Assembly: GCA_963665775.2 (NCBI GenBank)
Contig: CAXXTF010000002.1
Span: forward strand, 288,001-352,000
Source of the DNA: Dehalococcoidia bacterium
GTDB lineage: Bacteria > Chloroflexota > Dehalococcoidia > SM23-28-2 > RBG-16-64-32
Direction of reading: 5' to 3'
Length of the DNA: 64,000 nt
Shown: piece by piece, positions 21,935-32,240 of the stretch
Layout: every line of letters begins with the position of its first letter
Position numbering within the stretch: position 1 is the first letter of the stretch
Position numbers and translations under genes: made by a program
Notes under the pieces: generated by a model
What the model was told of the DNA's origin: nothing
What the model saw: the letters and a program-made list of their open reading frames with translations, nothing else
Databases searched by the model: none

Positions 21935-22188
21935 GGTCGCCTCCGCGCTGGAACGGCTGGCCGGCAATCTGGCGGCAGAGATGGAGAGCAGGGACTGACA
22001 GTGGCCGCTTCGTGGTGGCGACCGCCGCGCCTTCATAGCGCGGCTCAGGCTGGTGAGATCGTGCTTCCAGCGAGGGAGAAGCTGATACGGCCTGGCGAGG
22101 GGATCTGTAAAGGGCATTGAAATCGACTTCCGCCTCTTATACTCTCACACCTGGACTACTATATCGGGTCGTGATGCTGGAGGATGCC

Positions 22189-24614
22189 ATGACGCTTGCT
22201 TGTGACGGCCTGAGGGTCCTGGACCTCGGCCAGGGATATGGGGCCATCCCGGGGATGATCCTGGCCGACTACGGGGCTCAGGTCACCAAAGTGGAGCCCC
22301 CCGGGGGAGAGACGTTTCGACATCTGCCTGCTTTCCTCCAGTGGAATCGGGGGAAGAAGAGCGTTGTCCTGGACCTGAAGACGGAGGAGGGCCGCCAGGC
22401 GGCCCAGGCCCTGGCCAGAGAGAGCGACGTAGTCATAGAGAACTTCCGGCCCGGGGTAGCCGAGCGGTTGGGCCTGGGCTACGAGGGGCTAGCTCAGGGG
22501 AACCGAGGGCTGGTCTACCTCTCGATCTCGGCCTTTGGTCAGAAGGGCAAGTACCGCCATTATAAAGGGTACGAGGGGATCGTTTCGGCCAAGTGTGGCC
22601 AGCATCTGCTGCAGTGCGGCTATCGCGGTTGGGCCTGGGACGATCCCCACTACGATGCCGTGTTCAAGTGCAGCTTCGGGTCGGCGATGCCGTGTTCAAG
22701 TGCAGCTTCGGGTCGGCGATCCAGGGGCTCATCGGCATCCTGGCTGCCCTCCACCTGAGAGACGAGGCCGGGGTGGGCCAGAAGGTGGAATCCACGATGG
22801 TTCAGGCCCTTTACGTCTACTCCTACGGCGGCATCCGCTTTCTCGACGATCCCGCCTTCTACCACCGTCTGGGTGGCGACCAGGGCAGGGACCCTCGAAA
22901 CAATATCAACCCAGGGTTCCGGATCGCCCAGTGTGCAGACGGGAAGTGGATTCAGTCGGGGAGTGCGTTGGGACGCATCTTCGATAACATGATGAGGGCG
23001 CTCGGCATCGAGGAGTATTTCACGGACCCCCGGTTCGAGGGCAGCTGGATTCCCCTTGCCGACGAGGACAAAGCCTATCTTATCTCCCGGGTAGATGAGG
23101 CCTACAAGACCAAGCCCCTGGAGGAGTGGGTCAGGATCTTCGACGAGCAGGATGTGGGCTATGCGCTCTTTGCCACTACCCAGGAGTTCATGGACTACCC
23201 CCAGCTGCTCCACAACGGCCACGTCATCGAGGTGGACGACCCCACGGTGGGGAGGATGAAGCAGGTCGGTCCGCTGGTGAAGTTCGTGGGGCAGGAGTGG
23301 AAGTTCCCGGGCCCGGCTCCGCAACTGGGCCAGCACACAAGGGAGGTGTTGGCCCGGGTTGAGCGCATAGCTCCGGCTGCTACCGCCCACGGCGCTGAGC
23401 CAGGCGCGGAGGTGAACGCCTCGCGCTTAGGGCCCCTCGCTGAAGGAGCCTTGAACGGCGTCACAGTAATCGACCTCTCTACTTATGCGGCGGCGCCCGG
23501 TGGCCCGGGGATCCTAAGGGACCTGGGGGCCCGGGTCATCAAGGTAGAACCGCCTGAGGGCGAGCCTATGAGCGGCAGTCTGGGGGACCTCTTCTTCCGG
23601 ATTCATCGGGGCAAGGAGCGAATCTGCCTCGACCTCAAGACTCCTGAGGGTAGAGAGATCCTGTACCAGCTTGTGGCTGGGGCCGACATCTTCGTCCACA
23701 ACTTTCGGCCTGGGGTGCCGGAGCGGCTAGGCCTGGACTACGAGGCCCTGAGGAAGGTCAACCCCCGCCTGGTCTACCTCTATGCAGCGGCCTTCGGATC
23801 CAGCGGGCCCGACGCCCGTCGGCCGGCGTTCGACCCGGTTGTCTCAGCTATGGCGGGCGCCCAAATCCTCCAGGCAGGTGAAGGTAATCCGCCCCAGGAC
23901 AAGCGTGTCAGCGACCACAGCGCCTATATGGGGGTGGCGGTGGCCGCGCTCTTGGGCCTGCAGGCCCGTGCGCGGAGCGGCGAGGGCCAATGCATGGAGA
24001 CCACCATGCTGTGCAGCGCTGCCTATCTATTCTCCGACGACTTCTTGCGCTACGGGGGCAAGCCGCCCCGGCCCACTCCCGACAAGGGACAGTACGGTCT
24101 GGGCTCCCTGTACCGCCTGTACCGGGCCGAAGAGGGGTGGCTGTTCCTGGCCGTCCTCACGGACGAGGAGTGGTCGGCCTTTTGCCAGGCGGTGGATCAC
24201 CCTGACTGGCGGGATGATCCTCGCTTCTCCAGCAAGGGGGAGCGAAAGGCCCATGATGAGGAGCTGACCGGCCTGTTGGAGCGGCTGTTCAAGGAGCGGG
24301 GCGCCCAGGAATGGGAGGAGCTGCTTCAGGCCAGGGATGTTGCCTGCGCTGTGGCCAGTGGAACGTGGCCCGATTTCCTCTTCGATGATTGGGACGGGGG
24401 GGACCCGCAGTGCACGGTTGCTTATAGCTACCCGGGGATAGGGCAGATGAGGCATTCGGGCATGAAGGTGTCGCTGCTGAAGACTCCGGGCAAGATCGGA
24501 TCGCCGCAGGTTCTGGGGGAGTCCACCAGGGCGGTGCTGGCGAAGTTGGGGTACAGCCCGGACCAGATGGACGATCTGAGGGCGAGGAACGTGGTCGCCT
24601 GGAAGGAGGCGTGA
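22189..24614 (+). pseudogene. Two-domain CaiB/BaiF (family III) CoA transferase, frameshifted
   Basis: GLRVLDL, KVEPPGG and NFRPGV each occur twice; 32-bp tandem duplication 22653-22716 breaks the frame. Confidence 0.85.
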
Positions 24615-24685
24615 ACGTCGGGGCTGGGTGAGGTGCCGGCAATACGCCCGCGCCACGGGCCGTCAACCGGGGCTGGTCCAATAGC

Positions 24686-24709
24686 GCACACTAAGCAGAC
24701 TTAGTGTGC
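24686..24709. other. Palindromic site S1 GCACACTAA-gcagac-TTAGTGTGC (putative recombination site)
   Basis: Perfect 9-bp IR with 6-bp spacer between convergent genes. Confidence 0.6.
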
Positions 24710-24784
24710 CGTGGGGTGCCGAAATTCCAGGCGTGTCTGGAGGGGGTTATGCCTCTCCCACAGGATTGAGCGAACTGCTCTTCC

Positions 24785-25570
24785 CTACGGGCGCTTTATC
24801 CCTGCCAGGGTGACGCCGCGGGTGTCAAAATCCTTGGCGTCCGACTCATGCTTGGAGCCGGAGAAGACATCGACCTCCGGGCCCCAGAGGATGTCCGTAA
24901 ATCCAACATGCTCAAGGACCCAACGCCACTCTGCTTCCAGCAGAGCACCGGCAATTCAGCCAGACCAAAGATCGATATCGTCCTTAGCGTCCTGAGGGAC
25001 CTCTTGGTGGACAACGATATCTGCGATCTGGAAACGGGCGCCGGACTTGAGGACGCGGTTGACCTCCTGCATGACCGCCACCTTGTCGGGGCAAAGGTTG
25101 ATGACGCCGTTGCTGATAACGACATCGATAGTCCCGTCGTCCGCGGGGAGCGCTTCGGCCAGACCAGGGCGGAAGTTGACGTTCGTCAGGCCCGCTTGTC
25201 GGGCGCTCTCGGCGGCCTTATCGAGCATGGCAGGGGTCATATCCACGGCGATCACCCGCCCGCTAGGTCCAACTTGGCGGGCGGCGATCAGTGTATCGAT
25301 GCCCGCGCCGCAGCCGATGTCGAGGACGGTCTCACCGGGGTGAAGTTCGCCCATGGAGAAGGGATTACCGGTGCCGGCGAAGGACTCGACCGTGGCGGGA
25401 GGAAGGGACGCGACGAGGGTGGGGTCGTAGCCGAGCATGCTAGCGAGGGGACGGCCCGTATGAAAGTGGAAGCCCTTCTCGGGTGTGAGGGCTACCTCGG
25501 CGTACTTATCGCTGATCTGAGACCGCAGCGCCTCAGCGTCGACACGTGCAGCCCGAACCTCATTGGCCAT
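24785..25570 (-). CDS. Arsenite methyltransferase-like selenoprotein (in-frame UGA at 24956-24958)
   Basis: SAM motif LDIGCGAG, SNGVINLCPDK; WSG-TGA-IAGAL aligns with ArsM WxGCIAGAL; the frame continues 56 codons; hairpin CTCTGCT-GGA-AGCAGAG follows the UGA. Confidence 0.88.
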
Positions 25571-25869
25571 GGCCAACTGCCTTGCTGGGTTTAACCTGGT
25601 GGGGTCTAAGCTTAGCACCGACGACCGATGGGATCAATCTTAAAGAGCCTGCGTGGGGACGGATTGCAGGCTCTGTCACTAGACGTCACGACCCACTATC
25701 GACAGACTCTGACTCAGGGGCGGCGGATATGGGCGAGGCGGCTACACGATGAAGTTATAATCTACCTTCGACGGGAGTGCGCTAAGGGTTCTCTCGCCGG
25801 CTACCATCCGAAGCAAGGAAGATCACCCGGCTAAGCGATTCCCGCTGGCCTCGGGGCGCTAAACTCCGT

Positions 25870-26131
25870 CTATTCAGACTGAGGATTGATCTCAGGAATG
25901 GGATTCGGCTCGACATGGAAGCTTGGCAGCCAATTTAGCCACGACGGGAAGTACCAATTGGTCTTCCCCAGCAGCTGCATGCTTGCCGGCACCAAGATTG
26001 AACGAACTATGGTGGCGTCTGCCAGGATCGCCACGCCGAGCCCGAAGCCCATCTGCTCGAACATTACGAGCTTTCCACTGGCGAACCCGCCAAACACGGC
26101 AACCATTATCAGAGCCGCGCCGGTGATGAGC
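25870..26131 (-). pseudogene. MMPL-family C-terminal fragment
   Basis: RLITGAALIMVAVFGGF...DATIVRSILVPASMQLLG..NWYFP. Confidence 0.8.
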
Positions 26132-26905
26132 CTACCCGGAGAGCGAGGCCTCGTCGCCGGAGACAGCATGAATGGTGCCGGCTTCGTCACGCACCAAGAG
26201 GCGGCCGCTGCTATCGATATCCTGCGCGATACCCTGTAGCGCCCCATGTCGACGGTGCACCACGACTCGGTTCCCAAGAGTATCGATCACCTCTCGCCAT
26301 CGCGCAGCGACATCGCCGCCCTGGACCCACTCCGCGTACCCCGCGTCTAGGCGCCGGAGCACCGCCAGAGCTGCGGATTCGGGATCGACGTACACTCCAG
26401 TCTCCGCCAGATGGCTCGTGGCGATATCATTGATTTCGGGGTGCCGGTCCAGGTCCAGCTTTAGGTTCAGCCCGATGCCAGCGACCATGGCAGTGGCACC
26501 AGACGGATCCGGCTGGCTCTCCACGAGGACGCCTCCCAGCTTCTTCCCTTCATGGTGCAGATCATTTGGCCACTTCACGGCTTCAAGGGCGCCAGTGAGG
26601 TCCTGGATCGCCCGGTGCGCTGCGAGCGTGGCGACCATGGTCAGCGCGGACACTTCGATCGCTGTGGAGGGCCGTAGGATCACCGATAGCAGGAGGGAGT
26701 CGCCCCTGTCCGAAACCCAGCGCCGGGCGAAGCGTCCACGGCCGTTGGATTGGAACATCGCTTGCACCGCCGTCCCATGCTCGGCTCCCTCGCCCACGAG
26801 CGCCCACGCGACATCCATCGTCGAGGTCACCTGGTCGTAGCCCTTAAGTGTTCGGCCGATGACGAGGGCGGGGTATGAACGTCTCCAGGCTGGTTCCGGA
26901 TCCAT
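26132..26905 (-). CDS. birA: Biotin-[acetyl-CoA-carboxylase] ligase (no HTH)
   Basis: QSNGRGRF, KWPND, KLGGVLVE, GIGLN. Confidence 0.9.
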   Translation of the reverse strand: MDPEPAWRRSYPALVIGRTLKGYDQVTSTMDVAWALVGEGAEHGTAVQAMFQSNGRGRFARRWVSDRGDSLLLSVILRPSTAIEVSALTMVATLAAHRAIQDLTGALEAVKWPNDLHHEGKKLGGVLVESQPDPSGATAMVAGIGLNLKLDLDRHPEINDIATSHLAETGVYVDPESAALAVLRRLDAGYAEWVQGGDVAARWREVIDTLGNRVVVHRRHGALQGIAQDIDSSGRLLVRDEAGTIHAVSGDEASLSG

Positions 26906-26913
26906 CGCGGAGC

Positions 26914-26942
26914 AGTTTATAGACCCTGACCCTGCGTGTCAA
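26914..26942 (-). promoter_or_regulatory. Leaderless sigma70-like promoter of birA
   Basis: TTGACA-17-TAAACT, 8 nt before the ATG. Confidence 0.6.
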
Positions 26943-27078
26943 ACCGGGGTTTGATTGTCAGCCTCCTCACCGGAGCCTGTCTCGACGTGCTCGAAGGTCG
27001 GGTCCGCTTGAGTTCTTGCGCTGAGGCGCATGGAGAGCGGAGGCTTCGATCTGGCACCGTTAAGAGAGGTCGGGGACG

Positions 27079-27125
27079 TGATGGGCTCTATTAAACGCTA
27101 CCACACGCTACGTTTGTGGAGCTAT
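27079..27125 (-). mobile_element. Diverged IS3-family right-end remnant
   Basis: TGATGGGCTCTATTAAACGCTACCACAC resembles the ends at 17052 and 34515. Confidence 0.55.
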
Positions 27126-27245
27126 GGCCGGCGAGCGCTGGTCCACGCGCACTTGAGAATAGAGGGCTGACAGCGAGTGCCGGGCGATTAGTGAGGGCAC
27201 CCTATCTCTGTGTGAGTCTAGCAGCGCTGTCCGCCACACGCTAGC

Positions 27246-27267
27246 AACACGATCGACACATAGTGTG
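27246..27267. other. Palindromic site S2 AACACGAT-cgacac-ATAGTGTG
   Basis: Same consensus as S1; spacer is the exact reverse complement of the S5 spacer. Confidence 0.55.
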
Positions 27268-27419
27268 TGTTCGCTGGGGTGCCTGCAACGTCTTGCGTGT
27301 GATCCGCTTGGGGGTCCGTCTCCTAGAGCTAAGTGCTCGGGCAATTAGCTGCGTCCCGATCCTGGAAACCGCTGCCGCTCGATATCGCTCGGATTATCCC
27401 GTGGTAGAATCGGGCCATT

Positions 27420-28724
27420 GTGGGAGACCGTGAGGAGATTCCCGTCCCCGCAACCGGGCAGCGCCATCTCGTCTTGGAGCCCCTGGGCACCCTGCGGCAT
27501 CGGGACTTCCGCCTGCTGTGGATGGGAACGCTGGCCTTAAGCAGCACCAACGTATTCCAGTTCTTCGCTATCGGCCTGCTTATACAAGAGCATTTCCCTC
27601 GCGTTCTGGGCCCCTCTTTCCCGGTGCTTTTGATACTGGGGGTCGTCGGCTTCATACGGGGCGCTGGTATGGTCATATTCACACTCCTGGGCGGTGTCCT
27701 CGCTGACCGTTACGACCGTCGAAACCTGGCCCTGATCACCCAGGGCGTCTCCGTTATCTTGATAGGGCTGTTCAGCCTCCTTCTTGCCCTGGGCTCGATT
27801 CAGCTGTGGCAGGTCCTATTACTGGTGTTTGCCACCTCCGCCGGCACTTCGTTCGGCCTGCCGGCCCGGCAAGCTCTATTGCCCCAGTTGGTGGAGCGGC
27901 GAGAGGTTCCGAGCGCGGTGGCCCTGTTCACGGCTGCCGTGCAGTCCTCCATTACCTACTCTTCCTTTCTCGCCGGCTGGTCTCTGGGAACTTTGGGCAT
28001 CGCCGCCACCTTCGCACTGAGCGGGGTGGGCAACGCCATCCTCTTCCTGGCCCTAATGTTCATGCGCCACAGGGGTGCAGGAGCGGCCGACTCCAGACAG
28101 CCGGGGATGCTTCTCCAGGTTCGCGAGGGGTTTCGCTACGGCCGCCGCAACCACACCGTCCTGGGCATCCTGATCGTGGTCTTCACGTTGAGCGCCGTCG
28201 GACTGTCGACGGTCGCCAACCTGACGCCCAACTGGATGTTTAGCGTCATGGACGTGAGCCCCACCACCTGGGGACTGCTGGCCACCATGTGGGGCGTCGG
28301 TAGCCTGGTTGCTGCTTACGGGATTTTGGCCTATCTTCGCCAATCGCGTCTCAGCGGACGGGTCTTCCTCGGCGCTTCTCTCTTCTTCTCCGTAATGCTC
28401 ATCGTCTGGGGCCTCAACCGCTCCGTTCTGGGATTGGGTGTGGTGCAGTTCACTATGGGCGGCAGCTACAGCGTCGTCTTGATCATAGGCGCCGCCATCA
28501 TCCAGACCCAGGTGCCCGATGAGATCCGGGGCCGGGTGATGTCCGTCTTCAACCTGGGCCAAGCCCTCTCGATGATCAACGGAATCACCGTGGGTGGCTT
28601 CGCTCAGGGAGTCGGAATTACCACGGCCTGGCCCCTCCTCGGAATCGTCCTCACGGTGGCCGTTATCGCTGGAGCCATCGCCTTGCCCCGCCTGCGCCAG
28701 GGCACTACCACAGGTCCCCCGTGA
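27420..28724 (+). CDS. MFS transporter (MFS_3/H+ antiporter-like)
   Basis: LRHRDFRLLW, GGVLADRYDRR, PARQALLP, RGRVMS; about 12 TM segments. Confidence 0.9.
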   Translation: MGDREEIPVPATGQRHLVLEPLGTLRHRDFRLLWMGTLALSSTNVFQFFAIGLLIQEHFPRVLGPSFPVLLILGVVGFIRGAGMVIFTLLGGVLADRYDRRNLALITQGVSVILIGLFSLLLALGSIQLWQVLLLVFATSAGTSFGLPARQALLPQLVERREVPSAVALFTAAVQSSITYSSFLAGWSLGTLGIAATFALSGVGNAILFLALMFMRHRGAGAADSRQPGMLLQVREGFRYGRRNHTVLGILIVVFTLSAVGLSTVANLTPNWMFSVMDVSPTTWGLLATMWGVGSLVAAYGILAYLRQSRLSGRVFLGASLFFSVMLIVWGLNRSVLGLGVVQFTMGGSYSVVLIIGAAIIQTQVPDEIRGRVMSVFNLGQALSMINGITVGGFAQGVGITTAWPLLGIVLTVAVIAGAIALPRLRQGTTTGPP

Positions 28725-28757
28725 CCGTGCCGAAGCTAAAGCGCCGTGACATGCGGT

Positions 28758-28961
28758 CTAGTGGCAAGCAAGAGCGGCCTCGGCCATATACCACGTCGTG
28801 TGCGAGAAGCGCTCGGGCTCCAGCTGGCAGATGGCGTAGGCACAGAAGACGCGGTCTCGTTCCAGACGAGGCAGGACCCGCGAGGCCTCGGTGAGCTGTC
28901 GGATGCGGTAGGTGACGTCGCCTTTGGTCGCCACCTCGGCAGGAGGCGCGTCATTCTCCAT
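28758..28961 (-). pseudogene. Truncated third copy of the GNAT-like gene
   Basis: N-terminus homologous to 38719 and 41384. Confidence 0.8.
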
Positions 28962-29101
28962 GCCGTCGATTGTAACTTAGCCGGTCGTCGAATGCGGCCC
29001 GGTGCGCCTTGGCCTACGGTTTTTCGGCCGAAGCATCACCGTGGCCGGTATACCTAGGTCTTGTAGGCTGCTCGCTTCTCTTAGCGCCCGAACGGTCGCA
29101 C

Positions 29102-29509
29102 TCAGCGTTCCAAGATGCGCAGCGTGCCCACCATTCCGTAGGCCTCGTGTCCTGGCAAGTGACAGATGTAGGCGTATTCGGCGGCCTGCTCGAATGTGAG
29201 CGTCGTTACGCGGGTCGAGAACGCCGGGACTGTTACCTCGGTTGGCACTTCCGCATGGACCGGCTCCGTCCCGGTGCGATGCCGTTCGTGCACCTCAGGC
29301 GGCCCAACGATCCACTCATGCTCGATCGGGTCGTCGTTGCGTAGCGTGATGGTTACAGGCACACCGGCTGGCACTGTAATGACCTCCGGAGTGAACTGCG
29401 AGTAGTGAATCGTTACGGTCACGCGAGTCGAGGTGCCATCGTCGCACCCGCTCACTACGAGTGTGGCGATGGCGGCCATCGCTAGAAGCATGCTTAGGCG
29501 CCAGGTCAC
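29102..29509 (-). CDS. Cupredoxin (blue copper) lipoprotein
   Basis: Lipobox VSGC; HEW plus CHLPGHEAYGM type-1 Cu ligands. Confidence 0.88.
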   Translation of the reverse strand: MTWRLSMLLAMAAIATLVVSGCDDGTSTRVTVTIHYSQFTPEVITVPAGVPVTITLRNDDPIEHEWIVGPPEVHERHRTGTEPVHAEVPTEVTVPAFSTRVTTLTFEQAAEYAYICHLPGHEAYGMVGTLRILER

Positions 29510-30546
29510 CGCCGGACCCCGCGAGGCTGGAGTCGCAGCACGAAGAGCGCGATGAGCATCCCGATCGATGCCGCAACCGCCGCCCAGACGAACGTCGAGG
29601 CGAGCCCATCGTTGTCGGCGGGAGCAAGATTTGGCAGGACGAGGCCGGCGGCCAGCGGCGACGGGTTGCTCTCGCCGCTGGTGTCAACGGCCAGGTCGAA
29701 CCGGAGGTCGGCCGCGGCACTGTCTACCTGAAGTTTCGTGAGCCAGGCTGACTGCGGTATCCAGCTCATCCCGGCATCCGCGCGGAGGTCATCGAGCAGT
29801 GTCGTTGTCGCCGCCTCGTTGTGTACTAGGGTAAGGCCGGGGCCAGGAGCTGGTAGAAGGGCGGGCTCGCGGTCCGTGAGAAGGTACACGTCGGCATTGA
29901 CGCGGTCTGCCGGCTGCTTGCCGAGGGCCAGGATGCGCAGCGGCACCCATGGGTTCGACGTCGGGATGGTGATGTGCACCGGAGTGCCATCCCCGATCTG
30001 CTGTCCGCGGGCGAGTGCGGCATCGCCATCGAAGACAGCCGCGAGGAAGATCGGGCTGCGCTCGGCATAGAAGTCCAGCACCTCGGGAGCATCCGGCGAG
30101 AGGCGGAATCCATGCTCCGTGGCCCAGGCCGCCACATCGGGGCCGCCGCCCTTGAGGACGGTGATGTCGAGCGCGTCGATTCGGACCTCTTGCAGCACGA
30201 CGGCGCCCAGGGCCCGCACACTGCGGGACTCAGCTTTGGCCACCAGCGGCTGTGTCTCGAGCGCCAGCCGCTGGAGCGTCCAATCGCCGCCGCGCTCAAC
30301 CTTTGACGGCACGTCAGGTAGGGGGATCAGGGTGCCGAACTCCCCGCCACCACCCTGAAACTCGAAGGCGGTGATGTAGTGCTCGACGCCTTCGTGGTAA
30401 GCGGCCAGCGTCGTGGTGCGGCCCAAGTTGACAGCTCCGTTTGAGCCGATCAGTCCGGCGCAGGCGCTTGCTGAACTTGGGCCCTGAATCAGTGATGCCG
30501 CCGCCACCGCGGCGAGGATGGGAATCGTTGTGATGAGTAGTCGCAT
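29506..30546 (-). CDS. DUF2330-like secreted/anchored protein
   Basis: Signal peptide ending ASACAG, LIPLP, C-terminal TM; coupled to the cupredoxin gene. Confidence 0.7.
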   Translation of the reverse strand: MRLLITTIPILAAVAAASLIQGPSSASACAGLIGSNGAVNLGRTTTLAAYHEGVEHYITAFEFQGGGGEFGTLIPLPDVPSKVERGGDWTLQRLALETQPLVAKAESRSVRALGAVVLQEVRIDALDITVLKGGGPDVAAWATEHGFRLSPDAPEVLDFYAERSPIFLAAVFDGDAALARGQQIGDGTPVHITIPTSNPWVPLRILALGKQPADRVNADVYLLTDREPALLPAPGPGLTLVHNEAATTTLLDDLRADAGMSWIPQSAWLTKLQVDSAAADLRFDLAVDTSGESNPSPLAAGLVLPNLAPADNDGLASTFVWAAVAASIGMLIALFVLRLQPRGVRR

Positions 30547-30985
30547 GGCGGCCTCCTTGTCGAAACACTCTGATACGACTAGGACGGAACCGGCTCGCAT
30601 TTGGTTCCGCACCCCCTGTTGGAGGATCCAAGGCTAGGATGAGTCATCCGCCGTCAGAGTGGAGTTGGCTTGGCGTCCCGGAGTGGCGAGACGGATGGGG
30701 GAACGCAAAGAGGCTCGATGGGGTCCGCGATCCGGGCCTCTATCTAGCCGGCCCTCCAGATACGCTCTGCTCCGAGCAACCAGGCGGAACGAAGTCTGTG
30801 CCAAACATCACGATGTTGACAGGAGGCGGTCTGGGAGTATTCTGGTTCCGCTAAGACACCTCTAACCACATCCGGTACTCATACGCCCGGCCGATCGGCA
30901 TCTAGGAGGTAGTGCATTAGGTAGCCTGGCGGAATAACAACGATCTTCCGGAAGAATGTCGGAATGAATAGAAAGGGGCAGCGAC

Positions 30986-32188
30986 GTGACCCCACCGTCA
31001 CCGCAGATATTCGATAACATACGTGTCCTCGATCTCATCACCCGCGAGGCGGGAGCAACGATAGCGACGTCATATCTGGCAGACATGGGCGCCGACGTGA
31101 TCAAGATCGATAGGCCCGGTGAACCGGAGCCGGCGATGGCCGGCCATTACGTCAAAGACGGCATTAACCTGCCGTACAAGGTGAAGGGTCGGAACAAGCG
31201 CCACATCACCTTGGACGTGAGCAAGCCCCAGGGCCGCGACATCTTCCACCGGCTCGTCGCCGACGCGGACGTGGTGGCTGAAAACTTCTCCCCCGGCACC
31301 ATGGAGGGATGGGGGCATGACTGGGAGACGCTCCGCTCCCTCAACCCCCGCCTGATCTTCTGTCGTATTTCGCCCTTCGGTCAGACGGGTCCCTACAAGG
31401 ACCGTCGAATAGACGGTCGCGGCGCCGAGGCGTTTGGGGGCCTGGCTCATCTAGATGGCGAGCCCGAACGTCAGCCGCTCCATTCGCAGGCTGATGTGGG
31501 GGGCACGATCGCCGGCATCTGGGCCGCTTACGGCACCATCCTGGCGCTGCTTCGTCGCGATGCTCAGGGCGGCCAGGGGCAGGTCATAGATGTCAGTCTG
31601 TGGGAGCCCATCTATCGCCAGCAGACGGGCCAGATCCCGGCCTACTCCGCCTCCGGCACGGCCCCCAAGCGCTCCGGCAGCCGCAAGAGCGGCGGCATCC
31701 CCTGGGTCGATACCCACGAGACCAAAGACGGCGGATTCTTCACCTACTCTGCCGTCACCCGCGCCAGCATGCGCGACCAGATGCTGGCCATGAACATGTT
31801 CCTCGACCCCCGCTTCAAGGACTTTCCGAGCGCCGCGCAAAACGCCGACGATTACCATGGAGAGGCGGTCAAGTGGATGAAGACGCGCACCCTGGACGAG
31901 GTGGATGACGCTTTCCAGAGGTACGAGTGCTCCAGCTCGCCGGTGACGAACGCCGAAACCTTGATCGACAACCCCCATCTCCTGGCGCGGGAGGACGTCA
32001 TCACGGTTGATGACCCGGATCTTGGCCCGGTCCGCATGCAGGGCATCGTTCCCAAGTTCTCCAAGACCCCCGGCCAGGTTCGCTGGTCCGGCGAGCGCCC
32101 GGGCGCCCGAAACGAGGAGGTTTATGGCCAGCTCCTGGGCCTGGGCAAGAAGGAGTTGGCGGAGCTCCAGAAGGCCGAAGTCATCTAG
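30986..32188 (+). CDS. CaiB/BaiF CoA transferase
   Basis: IRVLDL, LADMGADVIKI, RNKR, ENFSPG, FGQTGP. Confidence 0.9.
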   Translation: MTPPSPQIFDNIRVLDLITREAGATIATSYLADMGADVIKIDRPGEPEPAMAGHYVKDGINLPYKVKGRNKRHITLDVSKPQGRDIFHRLVADADVVAENFSPGTMEGWGHDWETLRSLNPRLIFCRISPFGQTGPYKDRRIDGRGAEAFGGLAHLDGEPERQPLHSQADVGGTIAGIWAAYGTILALLRRDAQGGQGQVIDVSLWEPIYRQQTGQIPAYSASGTAPKRSGSRKSGGIPWVDTHETKDGGFFTYSAVTRASMRDQMLAMNMFLDPRFKDFPSAAQNADDYHGEAVKWMKTRTLDEVDDAFQRYECSSSPVTNAETLIDNPHLLAREDVITVDDPDLGPVRMQGIVPKFSKTPGQVRWSGERPGARNEEVYGQLLGLGKKELAELQKAEVI

Positions 32189-32240
32189 CACCCGGCTAGA
32201 TGAGAGTGACAAAGATGATCGGATTGTTAAGGAGAAGATC

